Source: Octopus vulgaris
Lineage: Eukaryota
Assembly: GCA_951406725.2 (NCBI GenBank)
Contig: OX597819.1
Location: 101,618,001 to 101,682,000, forward strand
Length of the DNA: 64,000 bases
Direction of reading: 5' to 3'
The notes beneath the pieces were generated by a model, which ran no database searches, had not been told where the DNA came from, and saw only the letters and a program-made list of their open reading frames with translations. Below, one piece after another: positions 56,178 to 64,000 of this stretch (positions within the stretch are counted from its first letter, which is position 1; each line of letters begins with the position of its first letter). A program made the position numbers and the translations under genes.

Positions 56178-56291
<114 letters not shown>

Positions 56292-56339
56292 CATACACAC
56301 ACGCACACACACGCTCACACAGCATTATTTTTTCCTACA

Positions 56340-56770
56340 TCTAACCCATGTAGGCCAGATAGATCCAGTTGCAACTGCCGATCTGGGGCCCAATGCCCCC
56401 TGCAAGCCCATTGCGGAATATTTAACGTTGTGTATAAGTGCGCTGTCAACAACACACTGCTAGACATTAGATTGGGTCTAGAGTGATTTTAATCAGAGAT
56501 ATTCTGCACATCTGAAATCCTTTAGGTAGGATGGGAACAGCAAGTCCACTACCTTAGCCAACCACATATACCTCCTGATAAATAAGAAAGTACCATGTAG
56601 GATAACCTGGCCATGATATATTCTAGTGCCCCATACCAAGGCCAGCGCTCTGCATGTGGACTCTGCCTTGAGGAAGTCCTCCAAATATTAATTCATGGTT
56701 CACCACAATTACCTAATAAACAACATAATGCATTTTCTTCCTGAAAACGTAAGTTCTATCGTACCTTTAA
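56340..56770 (+). mobile_element. Penelope-like element GIY-YIG endonuclease remnant
   Basis: CNCRSGAQCPLQAHC..NVVYKCAV..FNQRYSAHLKSF..STTLANHIY..ITW..CGLCLEE..NK: zinc-finger linker plus GIY-YIG pattern of PLEs, frameshifted. Confidence 0.85.
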
Positions 56771-57472
56771 CACATATAATATCTACTACACCGGCCTCTC
56801 TGCATTCATAGTAATATTATACGTACGTATTTCCTTTATTTATTAATAACTATTCCCTCAGCATATGTATCCTTGAAGTACACTGGCTACACTAATCTTT
56901 TAAATTATGAAGTTTTAATTTCAACTTTACTGCTGCCGCATGACTGAAACGAGTAAAAACGTATATTCCTTCACGCAAAGTTAGGCATCTATTTCTAGCA
57001 TTTTAGCCCTCTTTAAGAACACTGAACTAAAGTTAAATATTCTATCCGACCACTATGAGACAAGAATTCATCTATCTATTTCATTACCCTATGATAGCCA
57101 TAACATGCCGTCTGCCTTCCTCCTCCACTTTACCAAAACCTTAAACACTGACTTCTCACCCCAACCTACTCTAATGAACAATAATACTAGTCTTTCACCT
57201 TCTATTTTTGTTTTTATTTCCGTTCACATTCTTTTTATTTCCATTATTTATCCCTCCCTACCCTCTTTATATTTTTATCTTTATCTTTACTTCTATTATT
57301 ATCTCTTTCTTTTTTCTCTTCTCTTAACTCAGTCACCCCTCCCCCTTCACCTTGATTTACCTATCTATTATGACGCTTTGGTCTATCTAACTGCCTCTCC
57401 CAAATTATAATAATAATGAAATTATCGTATACAGTGCTCAGGTGCTACTCACTTTTCTTACACTATCTACAC

Positions 57473-57993
57473 CAGGGGTCACCAAACTAAGGCCTGCGGG
57501 TCGAATCCATCCCGTGGAGTCAGTTTATCTGGCCTGCCACAGCACTGTACCTTTTGTGTAAGTACCAGAAATGAGAATGCATTTGCCTATGGTATGGCAT
57601 CTTTTTAGAACAACTTATGTCTGTGAGCAAGTATTTTCAAAAATGAAGTATGTGAAGTCAGAACATCGATGAACATTTGAAAGCAATTCTCTCAGTTGGA
57701 TGCAGCAATTCCAAAGCAAATATTTGATATCTTAAAAGCTAAACACCATTTTCTCAAATCTCACTAAGCTTTTTTGTTGCTTAGTTTGTGTGATTCGGAT
57801 ATGTGCGCACTGGGTGTGATATAACTATTTTATCGCTAATGTCGCCTTCTTTAAAAACGTTTTGGTAAATATGTTGGCTGTCTTTATTTTTTGTGCATTC
57901 ACTGTATTGTATTGAACAAAATGTTTATGCGGCCTGCGCTTGTCGTTCTCTTAGTTACCTGACCCGTCGTGAAAAAAGGTTTCGTGACCCCTG
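57473..57993 (+). mobile_element. Internally deleted hAT (Charlie/Buster group) element, 521 bp
   Basis: 16-bp TIR caggggtcac(c/g)aaac(t/c). TSD atctacac (57465-57472) / gtctacac (57994-58001). Dimerisation-domain remnant FRTTYVCEQVFSKMKYVKSEHR..DEHLKAIL. Confidence 0.92.
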
Positions 57994-58239
57994 GTCTACA
58001 CCAGCGCTAGCTGCCAGATCTGTTCCTTCAATCTGAATGCATTACTCAAACTACTGCTTGGATTTGCCTGGGATTACACTTAAGGTGATTATACCTTCAC
58101 GGAAATAGGGACAAACCTCCATACGCTGCGGAACAAGATGAACTGTCAAATTTATCATTTTATCTTTATTTTCCTATCTACTGTTTATTCTTCTATCTAC
58201 TGCGAAATTTCTGTCTGGAACTTTCCTGCATACACACCT

Positions 58240-58296
58240 TGTCTCTGATGAGGGAATACCCCGTGTACTGGTCATTACAGAAACAGCTGTAAGACA
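58240..58296 (+). ncRNA. Minimal type I hammerhead ribozyme motif (Penelope pseudo-LTR)
   Basis: Stem I tgtct/agaca; CUGAUGA 58245-58251; decayed stem II; GAAAC 58280-58284; palindromic acagctgt stem III; GUA triplet 58289-58291. Confidence 0.7.
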
Positions 58297-58785
58297 TTAT
58301 TTATTTCTACTTCTCCTTTTTTGATTCACCTTACTCTAATCAAATGTTCTAAATGGTCTGAGATGCTCGGTCCTGCCTTGGTAACTACTCACATGGACAC
58401 GCTATAGAGAAGAAAAGGGAGCTCAAAACACCAATTCTTTGAAGATGTTATGAAGAAAAGTTTTTAACGCTGAGATATCAAAATATAAGACGATTAACTC
58501 ATTTTGTTTGTAACTCACGTTGTGTAGGCTTTTCGAAAAAACTTAAAACGTTAGGCATTTAAAATGTTAGCTAATGATTAACACACGCTGAGGACGGGTA
58601 ACCACCCAAACACTTGAGTCCGTGTGTATCACGTAAGGTTAGAGATGGGGAGGGCGATGGCCTCCCCTCGCAAATACTAATCAGACACAGAATGTGTGTC
58701 CTTAGCCAGCTGGAAGAGATGTCTACCTGGGGCTATAAACGTCAGTAGCACTGTCCCGTGTAGGATGCCACACTTGGTTGGCAAT

Positions 58786-58822
<37 letters not shown>

Positions 58823-59401
58823 ATTTAGTTTATTTTCATTCGCGAAATAGGCATTTTTTAAAAGGAAGTTAAAAATCTGAAAATCGGCTATAATAATGTG
58901 ACCTTTCAATCTCATTGCTTTGAAGGTATGATCTTGTAAAGAAAAAAATTTGAGAAAAAAGTTATAGAGGTTTAAAAATCGAAGAAAATGTGTATTTTTA
59001 TCCAATAGCGAGGCAACTTTAAGGCGGTGTCAACTTTAAGACTGTACCCTGTAAAATTTATAGTTTAGCGCCTGACCTCTTCATTGTAGGTTTCTAAATA
59101 AACAGAAATACCTAATTTGATTGTAGACTTCTAAATAAACAGAAATACCTAATAAAATCAACACGGATCATCTTACTGTTTCTTTTGTCTCTTCTGTGAT
59201 TGTATGTTTTTATCACTTTTTCCCCAATTTTTATGCTATATTTCTCTGCATGTGTTTACTTTATGCGTTCTTTAGAATATTTAAATCGTAAGCCATGGCT
59301 GTCGGCCATATATTTCTCAATAAATGAATATTCTGAAAAGAAAACAAGTATATGTCTGACAAAAATTAATAACGTAAAGATCGAAGATTATACTACTACT
59401 T

Positions 59402-59437
<36 letters not shown>

Positions 59438-59519
59438 TGACGACGATGATGACTACAGATGATGATGATTTATTTTATTTTCCTTCAGTGTATCGGATTG
59501 CATCACATTCACTTACCTT

Positions 59520-60638
59520 TCAGTAATTTGGTTCGGGGACAATACCTCTCTTTCTTCCCTCACTTTCCTTTTCAAGTCAATGAAAAGTCAATGAGGGTTC
59601 TAGGAAAGAAGAATTTCACTGTCCCCATACTTTTCAGTCTCTTACATCAGACAATGGCGTTTACCATAGCCACCAAACAAATGGAAGTTGCCTTACCTGA
59701 CCGATTAAACAGGTGTGGCGTGGAAGCCACCACTATCGACTCGGCATATTGACAGACCCGTCCTACACGTGACAGCAGCTGTTCGACATAACTCCACATA
59801 TCAGCTACTGACCGAGTGTGTGCCGAGCAGTTTTCATTTTTCTGTTCGTATCTCAGACAAGCCTGCCTGACAGCATACAATACCTGTAGCACTGCAATGT
59901 CGATTCTTCATAAAATAAACCGTGGTAATCACCGAGAGGAGTTTCCTCCGGAGTAGACCAGCCAGTTTACTTTTGACGGCGTTCACATTCTTCCCCAAAA
60001 CATCGTCACACTTCCCCTCAACCAATCCTTTACAGATTGCTAAAGTAGGAGAGCCACCGATCCTATTGTTTGAGTGTCAGAGGTCAGTGAGCGCGTGATT
60101 AGATTGTACATGCTTAGCGCGTAGTCTCAGACTTTCCTTCACACATAACTGCAGCTTCCTCAAGAAGACTATCCGCGGAGAGTCGTATCTCACGAACGGT
60201 GCTCATACACGTTCACCGTCTAGGAACTGTTGCATGTGGCAAAACCTCAACGCATGCCTGTGCATCAGCAGCCAAGTCATGCCCAAGCCAGCACGCACAG
60301 GGCGTGGGCAGCGGACTGATCCCCTGACAATTGGACCATGTCCCTTCCGCAAGAAATTTAATAACAGAAGCTCCAACTTGATCAGGTGGCGGCTAAGGCA
60401 AAGCATTACAGTCAGGCGATAAATAATATCAGAGGTATTCTAGTCATTTGCCACCACTGCCCACCCTTTCAAGAAAAGACGCACATATCTGCTCGGGACC
60501 GAATAGCCAGCGTCCGTTCCGGCCTACCAAAGAGTGATCGTAATTGTTTTCTTCTTCTTCTTCTTCTTCTTCTTCTTCTTCTTCTTCTTCTTCTTCTTCT
60601 TCTTCTTCTTCTTCTTCTTCTTCTTCTTCTTCTTCTTC

Positions 60639-60715
<77 letters not shown>

Positions 60716-60722
60716 GTTGTTG

Positions 60723-60781
<59 letters not shown>

Positions 60782-61170
60782 TTAATCTTCTTCTTCTTCT
60801 CTGGCTCGAGCCCATTGGCTGGTTTTAGTTGCCTCATATTTGAGAGCAGGGCCTTAGGTCTGACGACGCAGCCTTCATGTTTTACCTCGAAGAAATGGTG
60901 AAGAGCCATTCTTGCCGCTAGCACGTCTGTCGCGATGCCTTTACTAATGGCCTCTCCGAGCTTGCTAAATAGTTCTCCTTTTAATCTATTTCTTTCTATT
61001 AGTAACTCATTGCTATCAATTCTACTTTAATCGCCTTCCTCGGGGCGACCAAATACCTGTTAACGACTATTCTTTCTACAATTGTCGCTTAACTAGTTCA
61101 TTGATATGGACTCTGTAGTCTTTATGTACCGGTAAGGATGCTTTTAACATTTAGTAACTGGGTCCCTGTC
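59520..61170 (-). mobile_element. L1/Tx1-clade LINE ORF2 remnant interrupted by (TTC)n(TTA)n
   Basis: KHEGCVVRPKA linker (about 60870); LELLLLNFLRKG..VRAGLGM (GGLG-like motif); decayed zinc knuckle CLR.EQ..E..H..RSVADMWSYVEQLL. Confidence 0.75.
60548..60800. repeat. (TTC)n-(TTA)n compound microsatellite
   Basis: Direct inspection. Confidence 0.95.
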
Positions 61171-61255
61171 TGCGAATAATAATAATAATAATGATAATAA
61201 TGACAACATCGAAAAATACCTTAGGAATGAGAACCTAGGTTCGAAATTTCTCCAA

Positions 61256-61301
61256 GACATCTGATGAAGGTTGGAGGGTATATTAACCGAAACGACGTGT
61301 T
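61256..61301 (+). ncRNA. Degenerate hammerhead motif in a short Penelope-like repeat
   Basis: Stem I gacat/gtgtt; CUGAUGA 61261-61267; stem II ggttg/taacc; GAAAC; triplet reads GAC, lacking the NUH uridine. Confidence 0.5.
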
Positions 61302-62434
61302 AAGAACAAACAAGATGTGGGCAAATATCCGTCAATTGTAAATGATGTAAATAATGTACGGTTTACTAAGCCCTCACCCCGATGTCCTGGAAGAATTTCT
61401 GCTGAAGTCCAGATACGTATTCGTATCGGTGGTATCAGCATTCTATATTTGGGTGTTTGGGTGTTAGCACTAACTATCCCACTTGTTAGAATGATTGTGT
61501 CTTTAATTATCTCCTCAATCAATTCAATGTTGCTATTCTTTATATCAGTGCAGTTGATAAAAAAAATTACCTGCATAGGTGTGTGACAGTTAGTCATGCG
61601 GTTGCTCAAGTATTTGTTTCTGGTGTCGTGATATGTTTGTTTTTAATTTGTGATTATAGATGTGTTTGAAAGAGTTGGCTTTTCTCATGATGATAGTCCT
61701 CAAGTTAGTATTGATATGTTTAGTATATGATTTTGTGACGGATTTTCTATTTTTCTATAGATTATGATTGCTTTCAAATTCAGACGACCTCTATATGTTT
61801 GTCACTGATTCTTCCTCATTTCCAAAAAAGACATTTTGGTGCGATTTAGTCATACCATAATCTTCTGAATAATATGTCTATATGTCTCTACGATTGCCAG
61901 AAATGGCTTTATAGCAACGAGTCTGTGAGATTTTATTCGCAAATATATTCACCACATCCACTTCGCTCTGTCTTTGTTTATATCATTGTTTCTCTTGTCG
62001 CAGCTTTCTTTATAACCTAGAGATAATTATAAGAATCTAAGCGAGCACTAAGAAAAGACCATCGGCACACAACACTCCTCTGTTAGACAATCAAAGCAAG
62101 AGTGTACAAGTGAAAGAGAGAACTACAAAGTAAGAGGAAGAGATTGGAGATAGATAGAGAGAGAGAGGGAGGGAGAAAGAGAGTTAAGTGCTGTCAGAGT
62201 GAGTTGAGGCTTAGAGGGAATAGAAGAAGGGGGGAAACTATCAATACAAAAAGGTTCTCCCAGCTTTGCAAGGGAATGAACGACACTTACATAATGTCAA
62301 TTTGATATTTCTGACTCGACGTTGTCAGTTTGGTGAACGTGTGTTAATTTAATTCATAATTCATGAATAGTTATTAACAAGTAGAACTGTATGTAGAAAA
62401 CCCTGCAGTGTTATTCAGCTTCACACACACACAC

Positions 62435-62607
62435 ACACATACACTGGCTCACACATACAGAGACTCACGCACACAGTCTCATACACACACACACATACAC
62501 TGGCTCACACATACAGAGACTCACGCACACAGTCTCATACACACACACACATACACTGGCTCACACATACACTGGCTCACACATACAGAGACTCACTCAC
62601 ACAGTCT

Positions 62608-62615
<8 letters not shown>
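62435..62615. repeat. About 58-bp minisatellite, roughly 3 copies
   Basis: Unit acacatacactggctcacacatacagagactcacgcacacagtctcatacacacacac. Confidence 0.85.
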
Positions 62616-62659
<44 letters not shown>

Positions 62660-62844
62660 GAAACACACCTGCCTGCACGTATATTCGTCTATCAAACTAC
62701 CCAATGTATATTTTAGTTCAAATTGTTTATTGAAAATAAATTCTTTTTCTTGCGGTTGGAATTACGCGATACGCAATCATTTACGATGGACAATCGCGTT
62801 GCGCAAAACTCAACTCACATAACAAATATTTCCGTTTAGATGTA

Positions 62845-62930
<86 letters not shown>

Positions 62931-63136
62931 TGTGTTTGTCTGAGTGTGTGTGTAAATGTGTGAGTTATTCCCAACAAAGAAAAGAAAGTATTCACAATAC
63001 TCTGTTAGAAATATGCTTTGATGTATTTCAGTGCTATTCTGAAGTATCCTGTGACATCTAGTCGCGGTGCCGGATTGAATAAGCCAAATACTGAGAACAG
63101 ATCACATCTCGTATGAATTTATTAACCACAACATAC

Positions 63137-63177
63137 GTTTGGTTGACAGATAAATGATAAGCAGATAGAAGTGTGTG
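63137..63177 (-). CDS. Candidate upstream 41-nt exon of the same gene
   Basis: Acceptor gtatcattgcttgtccag|, donor AAC|gtatgt. All three frames open; frame and connectivity unresolved. Confidence 0.3.
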
Positions 63178-63404
63178 CTGGACAAGCAATGATACAGTAC
63201 AAACATACAGAAATATTTTAACCATTTTAGAAACCCTCGGACAGTAGTGAAATGAGGCCCCTATATACATCACCACATATATAACGAAGCATTATGTTCC
63301 GGTTACTCAATGTCAGGGCCCTCTCTCCAATGTATTTAAGTCTTATAATGACTCTATATACAGAATTTTAGCGATAATTCAGCCGATTTTGTGAGGGTTA
63401 TTTC

Positions 63405-63628
63405 TGAGTCATATAGACTGATAGGGGCCGGTTTACCGGTTTCCGCGATGTATATATTCTCAACGTGGATGAGATGCAGGTCCGTTGCAGGATTACGCAT
63501 ATTTACCAGCCGAGTGGACTGCAGCAACATGAAATGAAGTGTTTTGTTCAAAAATACAACGCGGTCAAGGAATCAATGCTACAATCTTACGATAATGTTT
63601 CCAATTGCCTAACCACTGAGCCACGCGC
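63405..63628 (-). mobile_element. tRNA-derived SINE (CORE-like middle, Meta-like tail)
   Basis: Head gcgcgtggctcagtggttag; aaacacttcatttcatgttgctgcagtccactcggctg; tail cctgcaacggacc..ggaaaccggtaaaccggcccc related to the 7807 element. Confidence 0.78.
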
Positions 63629-64000
63629 TTTTTAGGGCGTCGGGATATTAATTCCAAATTCTATTAGGTGATGGAAAAAGGTTCGTGGGCTGAGTGTATA
63701 TTATAGCGCCAGATGTAAATGTAACAGCACATGTGCGATGACATCTTTCATACAGAGATCTAATAAGTGTTCATTTTAAAAGAACTACATACAGCAACAT
63801 TCATAGCCTTGTGTTTACTTTAAGCCGTGGATGGTTAGGTGAGCTTTTTTAATCAGCATCAGATCCATCAATTCAATAATAGTTGAGTATATCTGAGTGA
63901 TGCAATCGTCTTTTAATCTTCTGAAGGAAATGTCGTGAACAGGTCGCACGGTAATGGTCAACCATTAAATTTCATGTCTTCGTTTTTAGGATTAATAGTA

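Overview
AT-rich, microsatellite-saturated animal genomic DNA. The SINE families and repeat landscape point to an octopus (coleoid cephalopod) genome; this is an inference from recognised repeats. Nearly all ORFs in the supplied track are microsatellite artefacts. Reading the minus strand for splice sites gave four GT-AG exons that join in one open frame: 54346-54322 (25 nt), 39938-39916 (23 nt), 39704-39606 (99 nt) and 16152-16105 (terminal, TAA). They encode ...VLAIHNATDLMTYPIMITCVTKRDEEYSQKFQWQHRGTLEAETAVRWDKLHMYIFEEAYSEVYH*, a C-terminus I cannot assign to a family. The 25-nt and 23-nt micro-exons lie 14.4 kb apart and keep the frame only together; skipping either alone gives an early stop. 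A transposon-free stretch to the left of the stop looks like a long 3' UTR. The introns and flanks hold decayed mobile elements: two mariners, a piggyBac, hAT and Merlin-like MITEs, a Chapaev3 fragment, non-autonomous Helitrons (one near-identical inverted pair), R4/Dong, RTE, CR1 and L1/Tx1 LINE fragments, tRNA-derived SINEs and Penelope-like remnants. Four minimal type I hammerhead ribozyme motifs are visible, one inside a 73-bp-arm hairpin. No database searches were run.
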